A stretch of DNA of 63,490 bases, the filler included, from Octopus bimaculoides (taxonomy: Eukaryota): assembly GCF_001194135.2 (NCBI RefSeq). It is 7 parts of 4 records of this genome, joined end to end, with 100 filler letters (N's around TTAATTAATTAA, not from the genome) between each part and the next. Parts side by side here need not be neighbours in the genome. Positions count along the whole stretch, not along the records: positions 11,818 to 30,040 come from NC_068981.1; positions 30,141 to 56,025 come from NC_068982.1; 5 more parts are not named here. One strand, given 5' to 3'. The notes beneath the pieces are model-generated. The model saw only the letters and a program-made list of their open reading frames with translations, had not been told where the DNA came from and did no database searches. A program made the position numbers and the translations under genes. Below are positions 28,169-41,409 of the stretch, piece after piece. Position 1 is the first letter of the stretch. Each line of letters begins with the position of its first letter.

Positions 28169-29350
28169 AGTAGAAGTATACAAAAATAAACATTATTTTC
28201 CCTCTTACTGCTTTGTTTCGACCAAAGCCTTGTGATTGGATTTGGTAGACGGAAACTGAAAGAAGCCCGTTGTGTATATATATATATATATATAAAAAAT
28301 TAACACCAAATATACAGTGCGTGTGTTTTTATTGGCTAAACTGGCAATATGACCATCCCCAAGTACAACAATATATNNNNNNNNNNNNNNNNNNNNNNNN
28401 NNNNNNNNNNNNNNNNNNNNNNNNNNNNNNNNNNNNNNNNNNNNNNNNNNNNNNNNNNNNNNNNNNNNNNNNNNNNNNNNNNNNNNNNNNNNNNNNNNNN
28501 NNNNNNNNNNNNNNNNNNNNNNNNNNNNNNNNNNNNNNNNNNNNNNNNNNNNNNNNNNNNNNNNNNNNNNNNNNNNNNNNNNNNNNNNNNNNNNNNNNNN
28601 NNNNNNNNNNNNNNNNNNNNNNNNNNNNNNNNNNNNNNNNNNNNNNNNNNNNNNNNNNNNNNNNNNNNNNNNNNNNNNNNNNNNNNNNNNNNNNNNNNNN
28701 NNNNNNNNNNNNNNNNNNNNNNNNNNNNNNNNNNNNNNNNNNNNNNNNNNNNNNNNNNNNNNNNNNNNNNNNNNNNNNNNNNNNNNNNNNNNNNNNNNNN
28801 NNNNNNNNNNNNNNNNNNNNNNNNNNNNNNNNNNNNNNNNNNNNNNNNNNNNNNNNNNNNNNNNNNNNNNNNNNNNNNNNNNNNNNNNNNNNNNNNNNNN
28901 NNNNNNNNNNNNNNNNNNNNNNNNNNNNNNNNNNNNNNNNNNNNNNNNNNNNNNNNNNNNNNNNNNNNNNNNNNNNNNNNNNNNNNNNNNNNNNNNNNNN
29001 NNNNNNNNNNNNNNNNNNNNNNNNNNNNNNNNNNNNNNNNNNNNNNNNNNNNNNNNNNNNNNNNNNNNNNNNNNNNNNNNNNNNNNNNNNNNNNNNNNNN
29101 NNNNNNNNNNNNNNNNNNNNNNNNNNNNNNNNNNNNNNNNNNNNNNNNNNNNNNNNNNNNNNNNNNNNNNNNNNNNNNNNNNNNNNNNNNNNNNNNNNNN
29201 NNNNNNNNNNNNNNNNNNNNNNNNNNNNNNNNNNNNNNNNNNNNNNNNNNNNNNNNNNNNNNNNNNNNNNNNNNNNNNNNNNNNNNNNNNNNGTTGGAAC
29301 AAGCAATAAACGTAACTATAACATTAATAATGACAAGAATGCTACTCTAC

Positions 29351-29416
<66 letters not shown>

Positions 29417-29630
29417 GGAGGAGGAGGAGGAGGAGGAGGGGACAAATAGAAGATGGAGCAGAAAGCCGTGGAATGAGAGGAAATAAGAAAGAATCCTTTG
29501 ATTGAGAAAGCTCTTTCTTTCTAGTCACCAGACTCTGTAAATGTTTCTGAGAGATTTTAATCTCGAATTCTACATAATTTACAACTTACCCTCACCACAA
29601 ACTCTCTGTCTCTCTCTCTCTCTGTCTCTC

Positions 29631-29707
<77 letters not shown>

Positions 29708-29814
29708 TCAACTTCTCACAGACACACTGCCATATAGATGCATGCAGCTCAGACACACACAAATAAGCTTACATTTACAATGTACATACACACACATATA
29801 CATGTCTGTATATA

Positions 29815-30030
29815 CTCTTTTACTTGTTTCAGTCATTTGACTGCGGCCATGCTGGAGCACCGCCTTTAGTCGAGAAAATCGACCCCAGGACTTATTCTTT
29901 GTAAACCTAGTACTTATTTAACGGTCACTTATTGCCGAACCGCTAAGTTACGGATACGTAAACACACCAGCATCGGTTGTCAAGCGATGTTGGGGGTGAG
30001 GGGTGACAAACACAGAGACACAAACACACA
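29815..30030 (-). mobile_element. SINE family A 3' half
   Basis: Same 3' half as the 12 kb copy; runs into a gap. Confidence 0.85.
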
Positions 30031-30142
30031 CACACACACANNNNNNNNNNNNNNNNNNNNNNNNNNNNNNNNNNNNNNNNNNNNTTAATTAATTAANNNN
30101 NNNNNNNNNNNNNNNNNNNNNNNNNNNNNNNNNNNNNNNNTG

Positions 30143-30173
<31 letters not shown>

Positions 30174-30897
30174 GCATACAGACACTTGCACACAACCATA
30201 CACTGACTCATGAGCAGCTCGCATTCACTCACCTCCATAATGAACCCGTTTCAATACCCTCAACCCCCTTTCTCACATGCAATTATCTTCAACCCTTTCT
30301 TCTTTATCCCCGTTTTCCCCATATTCTAAATTTACAATTGAGTGTGTAGGTGTACATGTGAGTGTTAATGTGTATGCACGTACGGGCGTGCTCGTGTAGT
30401 TGCGCGCGCATGCATGCGCATGTAAATACCTGTAAGTACGTGTGCGAGAGCATGTGAATCAAAATTCTATTTAAAGTATGTTAGTGAGCTTATATGTATG
30501 CGCGTTAGCTTGTAGCAATGTGCGAACATATAAATGTATTGTTCCCTCTCTCTCCCTCTCTAAATTCTTTCTCTCTCTCTGTGTATGTGTGCGTGTGTTT
30601 ACAAAATATGTCGACGTAGGCGAGTGGTTACATGGCACGCATGACTGCACACAATTTTATGTACACTCGTATAAGTGTTTTTTTAAAGTATGCTTGTGTA
30701 AGTGTATACGTGAATGCGTGTGTATGTCGGTGAGTTTGTACTTCCTTATGCTTAATATTTGCATCTACGTGTCTGTGTTTCTATGTATAAGTCTGGGCAT
30801 GTATCCATGTGTATATATGATGTCCACTAGCGACCGAAGACGACCATCGCTAACCTTTGCCCATGCAAAACGCCAGCAATGCCCGTGGAGGAAGTTA

Positions 30898-32160
30898 TTA
30901 GGTTGTCAAGAAAGTTCTTGCGGAATTTTTAATTTTGGTTTTAAATGACGTATTTTCAAATTAATTTTCGTTAAATTACTTTGACTTTATATATCATTCT
31001 AAAGTCCGTTTTCGCTCTATCTAATCGTGTTACTCCTTTTCTTTTTGAATAATTAGGCCATTTTTACTGGAACGTTGAATACAACATGGACAAAAAGCAA
31101 ATTCACGCAATTTTCTTATTTCAGTTTAAGCTAGGCCAAAAAGCTGCTGAAACAGCTCGCGATATCAACGATGCGTTTGGCCCTGGAACCACCAATGAAC
31201 GTACAGCACAATGGTGGTTCAAGAAATTTCGTAGCGGTGACGAGAGTCTTGAAGATGATAGGCGTAGTGGTCGGCCATCGGATGTTGACAACGATCAACT
31301 AAGAGCCTTAGTCGAAGCCAGTCCACGCACAACTGTTCAAGAGCTTGCTTCTGAATTAGACGTGACGTATACGACAATTTCCCACCACTTGAAAGAGATT
31401 GGAAAAACAAAAATACTTGAGAAATGGGTGCCGCACGAATTGAACGACAACCAAACNNNNNNNNNNNNNNNNNNNNNNNNNNNNNNNNNNNNNNNNNNNN
31501 NNNNNNNNNNNNNNNNNNNNNNNNNNNNNNNNNNNNNNNNNNNNNNNNNNNNNNNNNNNNNNNNNNNNNNNNNNNNNNNNNNNNNNNNNNNNNNNNNNNN
31601 NNNNNNNNNNNNNNNNNNNNNNNNNNNNNNNNNNNNNNNNNNNNNNNNNNNNNNNNNNNNNNNNNNNNNNNNNNNNNNNNNNNNNNNNNNNNNNNNNNNN
31701 NNNCAGTGGTTGGACGCCGACGAAGCTCCATGGCACTTCCCGAAGCCAAAGTTGCTCAAAAAGAAGGACATGGTGACTGTTTAGTGGTATGCGGCTGGTC
31801 TCATCCATCACAGCTTTTTGGATACAGGCGAGACCATTACGGTGGAGAAGTACTGTCCGCAAATGGATGAAATGCATAAGAAACTCCGACAACAACAGCC
31901 AGCATTGGTCAATAGAAAAGGACCAATTCTTCTCCATGACAACGCTCGGCTGCACGTCGCACAACTGACCCTACAGAAGTTGAACGGATTGGGCTACGAA
32001 ACTCTGCCCCATCCGTCATACTCACCAGACCTCTCGCCTCCCGACTACCACTTTCTCAAGCATCTCGATTACTTCCTGCGTGAGAAATGCTTCAAAAACC
32101 AAGACGATGCTAAACACGCCTTCAACTACTTCATCGCCACCAGAACGCAGGATTTTTACG
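30898..32160 (+). mobile_element. Mariner (DD34D, cecropia/Hsmar1-like) transposon, defective, right end missing
   Basis: TA followed by TIR ttaggttgtcaagaaagttcttgcgg. Transposase from 31086 reads MDKKQIHAIFLFQFKLG...WVPHEL, then an N gap, a premature TAG at 31782-31784 in VTV*W, then LLHDNAR...HPSYSPDLSPPDYH. The 3' end is replaced by SINE sequence. Confidence 0.95.
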
Positions 32161-32258
32161 TACTAGTTTTTAAGTACTAGTTGAACACTGGGGTCGATGT
32201 AATCGACTCATCCCCACTCCCCGACAAGCTGCCCTTGTGAAGGCGGCGAGCTGGCAGA

Positions 32259-32480
32259 ATCGTTAGCACGCCGGGCGAAATGCTTAGCAGTATTTCGTCA
32301 GCCGCTACGTTCTGAGTTCAAATTCCGCCGAGGTCGACTTTACCTTTCATCCTTTCGGGATCGATAAATTAAGTACCAGTTGAGTACTGGAGCCGAGAGT
32401 ACTGGGGTTGATGTAACCGACTAGTTTCCCTCCACTCAAAAACAAAAAAATTTGTGGCCTTGTGCTTCTAGTAGAAAGGA
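32259..32480 (+). mobile_element. tRNA-derived SINE family C, preceded by a second 3' fragment at about 32170-32258
   Basis: aaggcggcgagctggcagaatcgttagc...ctgagttcaaattcc (B-box)...ggtcgactttacctttcatcctttcgg. Degenerate relatives at about 17480-17620, 27660-27840, 36830-36960, 38270-38420 and 40040-40330. Confidence 0.85.
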
Positions 32481-33216
32481 TTATTATATACACTGCAGGC
32501 TAAAATCTATAGATGTATTCTGTCGAGCAACATATCACACACAAACGNNNNNNNNNNNNNNNNNNNNNNNNNNNNNNNNNNNNNNNNNNNNNNNNNNNNN
32601 NNNNNNNNNNNNNNNNNNNNNNNNNNNNNNNNNNNNNNNNNNNNNNNNNNNNNNNNNNNNNNNNNNNNNNNNNNNNNNNNNNNNNNNNNNNNNNNNNNNN
32701 NNNNNNNNNNNNNNNNNNNNNNNNNNNNNNNNNNNNNNNNNNNNNNNNNNNNNNNNNNNNNNNNNNNNNNNNNNNNNNNNNNNNNNNNNNNNNNNNNNNN
32801 NNNNNNNNNNNNNNNNNNNNNNNNNNNNNNNNNNNNNNNNNNNNNNNNNNNNNNNNNNNNNNNNNNNNNNNNNNNNNNNNNNNNNNNNNNNAAAAGTATT
32901 TATGTATATAAGTTAAAAAACATAAATGCACAAACAAACGGAAAAGAGACACAGAAAGTCACCAAATCGACGATAAACTCTTTTATCGCTCTCCTTCTAT
33001 ATCTGTATGTATGTATGTATGTATGTATGTATGTATGTATGTATGTATGTATCTATCTATCTATCTATCTATGCATGTACATGTATGATTGTGAGTGAAA
33101 GCGTGCATATGTGTTTCTGTGTGTTCAGGCGTGTATGTACACACACACTCACCCTCGCGTGCACACACAAATATGTATATGCATATACATGCATATACCG
33201 AATATATGTATACGCG

Positions 33217-33257
<41 letters not shown>

Positions 33258-34004
33258 TCAGACACGAAATTCTCGGTCCTTGAGTTCTTTGTAACTTCTA
33301 CAGATCGAGTTCTGTTTATGTTGTGTGTATTTCCAAACCTGAACGTGTGTATGTGTGTGTGTGTGAGTGTGCTCGTGCGCGTGTATTTATGTTTGTGTGT
33401 ACGTGTAATTTGTATAGGTTAACTATTGCACTTATCTGATTATCTATGCGAACTGATGCATATATAAATACACCTTTAATTCCATATTTTATTCATGCAG
33501 TAAGTGTCATAATATAATTCATTCACCCACATGTGTAAATGTAGTTATAAATATACATACATATATGCATGCATACATTACACACACACATGCATACATC
33601 CATTTATGCATACGTACGCATGTACATGACATGCATGCATATACAACTCCGTTCCACATATAAATAACATTTATGCATGTTATTGAAGACAGGTCTATGC
33701 ACCAGTTTCAACTTTTTTTTATTAACAACAGAGACATGTTTTCAATAACAAGTTAAAAGGAAAGGCTTTTCCCGTATAACAGAAATGTCCTCGCCCAATC
33801 GTGTGTGTATGTATGTATGTATGTATGTATGTGTGTATGTATGTATGTATGTATGTATGTATGTATGTATGTGTGTGTGTGTATGTATGTATGTATATAT
33901 ATCTGTATAGGAAGGACGAATTTGTGTTATATGGGGAAATACATACACACGCGCGCGCACGCACACACACACATATATCATATATAATATATATATATGT
34001 ACGA

Positions 34005-34056
<52 letters not shown>

Positions 34057-34578
34057 TATACGTATATATATATTTATATATGTATGTATATAATTGAAAA
34101 AAATGGGAGTCAACTAGGAATACGGGTAGACCTTTATTTTCTTTCACTACAATTGTTTCCACGCAACGTAGTTCACCAAATGTGCAGGTACTTGCTTACG
34201 CAACCGTTTCCTTCCATTATGAAATCTAGTTGTGTTTCCTCGGGCAATATGTAAATATTGTCTCCGGACATTCAAATTCTCGGCTTCAAAGAACATCCTC
34301 TCTGTCGTGGCCTGAATTTTGTAATAGTCACTGAGTTTATCAAGATGTATTGCTGCTGAAGGACCGTTGGTAAACTGGTTTGAATGTGTAGACGTAGTAG
34401 GATGGTGGTTCTGCTACTGTTAAAGTGGTTGCCGTTTTAAAGGGATTGGCATTTGGTTTCTTTGTACTGGCGATTTGTTCTTCGTGGCTGGCTTCACATG
34501 CGATTGTCCTTAACTGGCCTTTAAGAATCGGCCTATTACACCCATATACGTACTAATGATCGGATACATACACGCGCG

Positions 34579-34631
<53 letters not shown>

Positions 34632-34865
34632 TAGCGATGGGATTGTTAAGTGATGATAACAAACGTTTGCTAATATAGGGTTCGATATATTAAATGTAGA
34701 GTCAAATATATAAAAATAATGGTTGACTGTTGCTTCAACTTTTCGAAGATTCCTGTTTCTAGGATAGTTCAAACAATTCCTCTCTCTCTCTATCTACACA
34801 CACGCGCCCGTGCACATACACACACACACACACATGTATGTATATAGCTGGGCTATGAAGGACGT

Positions 34866-35303
34866 CATCGGACTGTAGGACATGTTGCACACGCCAGCAA
34901 ATTTATTATTTGCTCCTTAGGTAATGGCGCAGAAATACATGACATACATTCAGCTGATGTGATTCGTCAGGGAGCTTGATGTACTTTCACACACATTGAC
35001 TATAAGAGAATTTCTCTTCTGAGACAGCTGCCACGGTGAAGGTAGATCTTTTCATGTTGAGTGTACTTAAAGGTGTTAAACATAAATGTACATAGCTTTA
35101 TTTTAACTATCATTGCTTAGTTCGTCTTTAATCCCAGCACGTCAAAGCTTTGCATACGTCAAAGCTTTGCATACGCCAGCAAATTTATTATTTGCTGTTT
35201 ACACAAAAGAACAATAGTTCTTCATCAGCTGCAGTCACACAGATTCGGTATTTGCAGCTGATGAAGCACACCGACGCAGAAAAACCTATCCGACAGTCCG
35301 ATG
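34866..35303. mobile_element. Possible MITE / non-autonomous DNA transposon
   Basis: 15-bp inverted ends catcggactgtagga / tccgacagtccgatg (1 mismatch); TA only on the right flank. Confidence 0.35.
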
Positions 35304-35322
35304 TACTGTAATTTCACGCACA

Positions 35323-35437
<115 letters not shown>

Positions 35438-35441
35438 CCTT

Positions 35442-35510
35442 GACACATACGCATAGAAACACACATACGCATAGAGATACACATACGCATAGAGACACAC
35501 ATACGCATAC
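35442..35510. repeat. 18-bp minisatellite (gacacacatacgcataga)n, about 4 copies
   Basis: Read directly from the sequence. Confidence 0.8.
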
Positions 35511-36472
35511 AATTCTTTTTGTAAGTACATATTCATCAGTAGTAATATGTTGGGAATTAAATAAACGAACAATAAATTCACCTCTCACTTAGACATATGC
35601 ACATGTAGACACACACGTACGCACACGTAGTATAACAAAGAATAAAAACAACAATAACACATATTGTCATCATAGAAGATATTATATTACCTAAATCTCA
35701 CCCACACCTTGATCAGTTTATAGCTTTTTGTGTCAGTCTGACGCCATAATACTGACATCGACTGACATTATACGCTCACAGCGACTGGTGCAGTTCAACT
35801 TTGAGACGAGATACTGTATAAAATCAAGCTGAATGTTAGGTAAACGTTAAATTCAGAACTAACATCTCAGGGAGCCGAGTTCGCACTCCGCTTCAGGGTT
35901 GTAATTACTTATTCTCCTCGTTTTGCTTTTAATGTTACTATCCTTTGCACATCACAACACCTCATCTTGCTATCTCCATTAACCTTAGGCTCTGTGTCTG
36001 TGTACAGAGTCACAGTGAAGAAAAAGTATTGGGCAATGTTTCAATTCTTACTTGAAGCTTTTTTATTCCACTTAAAGTAGCTAATGAAAATCGATGATCG
36101 TGAATTGGTTGCTGGGATTGGCTTCTGGGACTGACGTCACGCTTCCTCTTCATGAGACATGCCAGTAGTACGATAGAACCCATCTCTCTCCAGGCCATTG
36201 ATTGCAATTGGACAGCTTAAGTACATGGCGTGAGTTAACAGAGCTTGCGATGAAGATTGGTTTTATCGGCAGTTTACAACCACTACAAGCCACTAAACGA
36301 CAACGCTTGCAAAATGTTACTATTTCACAGAAGTGCAAATATCTACGTCACAACTTCCATTCTTGCTTTTCCTGAAATTAATAAACCATAGGTTTAAGCA
36401 GTAAGAAAATACAAACATTGGACGTTTGGTGTTTATTTTACAGTTTATTTTGCAGTTTAGCTAGTTTGTAGT

Positions 36473-36531
<59 letters not shown>

Positions 36532-37099
36532 NNNNNNNNNNNNNNNNNNNNNNNNNNNNNNNNNNNNNNNNNNNNNNNNNNNNNNNNNNNNNNNNNNNNN
36601 NNNNNNNNNNNNNNNNNNNNNNNNNNNNNNNNNNNNNNNNNNNNNNNNNNNNNNNNNNNNNNNNNNNNNNNNNNNNNNNNNNNNAAAAAAAAAAAAAAAA
36701 AAGAAATACTAATTTGCTTAAAGTGACCTGCGTTGATTTATACTTGATTAAAAACTGAACTGAATGAAAGTGTAATGTTATTTTAATGAAAATGTAAAAT
36801 TGTTTTATTGCAATATGATCATAGGGCAGTGGATCGGCAGAGTCGTTAGATTCTTCCGATATTTCGTGACCAAAGTACCAACCAAATATTCGGGTCAGCG
36901 CTATCGATTAAACCTTTCCCCCAAAATTGTTGACCTTGTACCTGAATCAGAAACCATTATTATATGATTATAGAAAAGGAACAGTTCACTTTCAAGTAAA
37001 AGGCGGTTTCGCTCTTGTGCATGAAAACCAGCTTGAGCTTTAAGTATCCTTTGGGTGAAAAAGGAAATAATTAGTTCTAATTCAAAGAAAAGGCAATCA

Positions 37100-38245
37100 C
37101 ATTATTTACATTTGACGGATATTTGTCCTCATCTTGTTTGTTGTTAACACAACGTTTCGGCTGATATACCTTCCAGCCTGGACGTATTAATAACACGCAC
37201 CAAGCATGGATTCAGGACATCCGTATACTGCAAGCCGAGCTTCACTGGACGATACCTCAACTTCAATTTCCACCATCCATACAGTGTAAAGAGAGGGATT
37301 GCTCAGTGCCTGAAACATCGAGCAAAGAATATAAGTAGCGATCGTGATATCCACCACGAAGAAATGATCAAGCTCAATAACAATCTATTAAGCAACAACT
37401 ACCTCCAAAACGTACTATCCACTCCAATTATGAAGAAAAGAGGGGATGAAACCAATAAACTGTCCACAGTCTGTCTACTCTATGTGAAAGGCCTATCCGA
37501 AAAGATACAAAAGATATGCAGCCTATATAACATCAGGACAGCATTCAAGAGTACTACAACACTTCGCAAATATCTCCTTCAAATAAAACCACCAATAGAA
37601 GAGAGTATGACCAAAGACTGCGTATACTCCATCCCATGCAGCTGTGGTAGTTTATACAAAGGCGAAACATGTCGCCCCCTCAAGATAAGGGTAGACGAAC
37701 ATCGCAAAGTTGTGACACGAGGAGATACTGATAAATCGGGTATAGCTGATCATGTATGGAAAAACGGAGACCACCTCCCCCTGTGGGATGAAATTAAAAT
37801 AATAGACAGAGAACACCACTGGAAAATACAAAAACTAAATGAAGCAGCACATATGCTAGGACACAACAACCTCTTAAGCAGACCGAGTGCAGATATGAGT
37901 AGCATATGGGAACTAGTATTAAGGAAAGATAGGAAAATATTAGATTTATAAACCCTAAAGTTCGCTCCATAATTGCCCACGGCATATGGCGTAGTGGTTA
38001 AGAGTGCGGGCTACTAACTCCAAGATTCCGAGTTCGATTTCAGGCAGTGACCTGAATAATAACAATAATAACATTGAAAAATACCTTTGGAATGAAAACC
38101 CAGGTACGAAATTTCCCCAAGACACTTGATGAAGGCTGGAGGGTATATTAGCCGAAGCGTTATGTTAACAACAAACAAGATGAGAACAAATATTCCTCAA
38201 ATGTAAATAATGTACATAATTCCTCATCTCTTAAATATAGAACTG
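37100..38245 (+). mobile_element. 5'-truncated Penelope-like retroelement: inverted pLTR fragment, RT C-terminus + GIY-YIG ORF, tRNA-like segment, pLTR
   Basis: Open frame 37178-37951: LDVLITRTKHGFRTSVYCKPSFTGRYLNFNFHHPYSVKRG...DCVYSIPCSCGSLYKGETCRPLKIRVDEH...SGIADH. 37100-37179 is the reverse complement of about 38133-38212. Confidence 0.92.
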
Positions 38246-38444
38246 AAAAGGTAATCAATTTTTGAAAGTGAAGGTTAGTCGATTACATTGACCTCAGTAT
38301 TTTACTGGTAGTTTATTTTATCGACCCAAGAGAGATGAAAGTTAACCTCGGAGGGATTTGAACTCAGAAACCAAACGAAATACCGCAAAATATCTTGCCT
38401 GAAGCGCTAACTATTCTTCCAAGCCTTCATCTTGGAAGTTAGAA

Positions 38445-38605
38445 ATACTGGCACTCCATCGGTTGCGACGACGAGGGTTCTAGTTGTTCCGATAAACGGA
38501 ACAGCCTGCTCGTGAAATTAATGTGCAAGTGGCCGAGCACTCCACAGACACGTGTATCCTTAGCGTAGTTCTCAGGGTGATTCAGTGTGACACAGAATAT
38601 GACGA
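38445..38605 (-). mobile_element. SINE family B 3' fragment
   Basis: ggcactcc...ggaacagcctgctcgtgaaattaatgtgcaagtgg matches the family B 3' end. Confidence 0.8.
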
Positions 38606-38947
38606 GGTAGAATAAAAGAAATTCAAAGCGATAAAGAAAGACGGCTGGTTACGTCTGTATCCAACTGTTTTAAAAGTGAGAGTAATAAACAGATCGCTAA
38701 TTTCCAGGAGTAGAGACACTGCATTTTACAGGAACACGACAGTTTGGCGCATGTGGAGAAAAAAGAGCGAAAAGGACTGAGGAGATTGATAAGAGCCTTG
38801 AATTATCCTATTAAGGAGCAAAATAGGAAACATTTTCATGACCAGTCATCTTGTGTGACTGGAGGGCTGTGTGATAGAAGTCTTCGTACTGAGAGACTGT
38901 ATACACGGTGACAGGACAGATCGTGTGGAGATGGAATGCTGGACGAG

Positions 38948-39012
<65 letters not shown>

Positions 39013-39129
39013 GTGGAGTTCGAAGGCAAATAAGGAGCAATCGTGATGGCTTTATACATGTGGGTTTTGAGATAAGAAAGTGTCAAAGTGTGTTGAGAGT
39101 CGTTATGCCTGCCAGGGACAGACGTAAAT

Positions 39130-39330
39130 GAGAAAGAAATCAGCCAATGTGTTAGTGGGAGTACTAAAGCCAGGAAAGGTATATGAAGATACCGAGGATG
39201 TTTACTTCAGAGAGACGTATTTTGAAATAGAAAAACGAGAGGTTCTTGAACAATTGATTGTAGGTGGAGGAATTCGGAGGAATGGTAAAGGCAAGAGATA
39301 CATGTGGTGGAATGAGGAAGTGAGTCATTT
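39130..39330 (+). mobile_element. Highly degenerate LINE remnant
   Basis: LIVGGG...MWWNEEV resembles APE-type LINE ORF2 motifs. Confidence 0.3.
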
Positions 39331-41375
39331 ACACACTATTAGATGTAATTGTTGCTGGTATGTGGGTGAGAAAAGCACATGATAAGAAGAGAGGGTAAAG
39401 TAAGCGTTGAGATCACTCTTTTCTTGGTATGTATAGCGTTAGTGTGAAAAGCAGAGACTGATTAGGCAGAGGAGATGAGAATCACAGATGGAAAATTTGA
39501 GGTTTGTGTTGTTGTTTAGCCTCGGGTCAGCCTTGATTGAGCAGACTTGTTATCAAAAGCTTTTCAGGCGTGACCATCCGTCTTTTATCAGACTGTAACT
39601 AGGACCGTATTATCAAAGGTATCCTCCTTACCTCTTTTTTTAAGTTGATAGAGTGTGAGTGACATGAGGAAAAATTGGCTGCTATTTTTAACCGTTGTTT
39701 GTCAGTAGTTGCTTTTAGTAAGATGGTGGCTTAAGTCAGCCAACATTTTTCATTAGCTACGACTTCATAATTTTGCTGAAAACTACCAATCGATCGATCA
39801 CCACATAAAATGTATATTGTTACATAACTGCAATTAAAGAACGTAAAAGCCGAAGTGAACAGGTGTTATTCCAGGAATACACCAGGAACAGAGAAAAGGC
39901 TCAATACCAATATTGCGTGAGTGCTACTACTAACACTGATGGTGATTTCTTAGTCTTTGACTGGCACTTATTTAATTTCATCGACCCTGGTGAGATAAGA
40001 GACAAATTCTACCTAGCATGATTAGAACTCTGAATGAAAATTGACATCACTAAATACGCGTAAAGCATTCTGTTGGGCGTCCTAAGGATTTTGCCATTCA
40101 TTACCCTTAATAATGGTTTCAAATTTTGGTACAAGGTCAGCTATTTTAGGGGAGGGGTTAGTCGAATGCATCGACTCCAATGCTCAACTGATACTTATTT
40201 TATCGACCCCGAAAAGTTGAAAAGCAAAGTTGATCTCGATGGAATTTGAACGTAAAAAAGCCAGAAAAAACCACCCCGCGAAGCAGTTTGTGCGGTGCTC
40301 TAACGTTTCTGCCAGCTCGCCACCTTAACAACAACAACAATTTTTTCTACTATAGACAGAAGTCATTTTTTTCACAACCATGTGATGGACAAACTAGGAT
40401 GTATATTATTAGTAAATGTAATTGCCTCATTGCTGGAGATTGTGTGTGTATGTGTGTGTGTGTGTGTGTGTGTGTCAGTGTGTGCTTGTGTGTGTTTGTG
40501 TGTGTGTGTGTGTGCGTGAGAGAGAGAGAGAGAGAGAGAGNNNNNNNNNNNNNNNNNNNNNNNNNNNNNNNNNNNNNNNNNNNNNNNNNNNNNNNNNNNN
40601 NNNNNNNNNNNNNNNNNNNNNNNNNNNNNNNNNNNNNNNNNNNNNNNNNNNNNNNNNNNNNNNNNNNNNNNNNNNNNNNNNNNNNNNNNNNNNNNNNNNN
40701 NNNNNNNNNNNNNNNNNNNNNNNNNNNNNNNNNNNNNNNNNNNNNNNNNNNNNNNNNNNNNNNNNNNNNNNNNNNNNNNNNNNNNNNNNNNNNNNNNNNN
40801 NNNNNNNNNNNNNNNNNNNNNNNNNNNNNNNNNNNNNNNNNNNNNNNNNNNNNNNNNNNNNNNNNNNNNNNNNNNNNNNNNNNNNNNNNNNNNNNNNNNN
40901 NNNNNNNNNNNNNNNNNNNNNNNNNNNNNNNNNNNNNNNNNNNNNNNNNNNNNNNNNNNNNNNNNNNNNNNNNNNNNNNNNNNNNNNNNNNNNNNNNNNN
41001 NNNNNNNNNNNNNNNNNNNNNNNNNNNNNNNNNNNNNNNNNNNNNNNNNNNNNNNNNNNNNNNNNNNNNNNNNNNNNNNNNNNNNNNNNNNNNNNNNNNN
41101 NNNNNNNNNNNNNNNNNNNNNNNNNNNNNNNNNNNNNNNNNNNNNNNNNNNNNNNNNNNNNNNNNNNNNNNNNNNNNNNNNNNNNNNNNNNNNNNNNNNN
41201 NNNNNNNNNNNNNNNNNNNNNNNNNNNNNNNNNNNNNNNNNNNNNNNNNNNNNNNNNNNNNNNNNNNNNNNNNNNNNNNNNNNNNNNNNNNNNNNNNNNN
41301 NNNNNNNNNNNNNNNNNNNNNNNNNNNNNNNNNNNNNNNNNNNNNNNNNNNNNNNNNNNNNNNNNNNNNNNNNNN

Positions 41376-41409
<34 letters not shown>

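Noticed and set aside
35255-35290. CTGATGA...GAAA as another hammerhead
   Set aside because: No convincing stem I, II or III; the CTGATGA belongs to the 14-bp hairpin arm.
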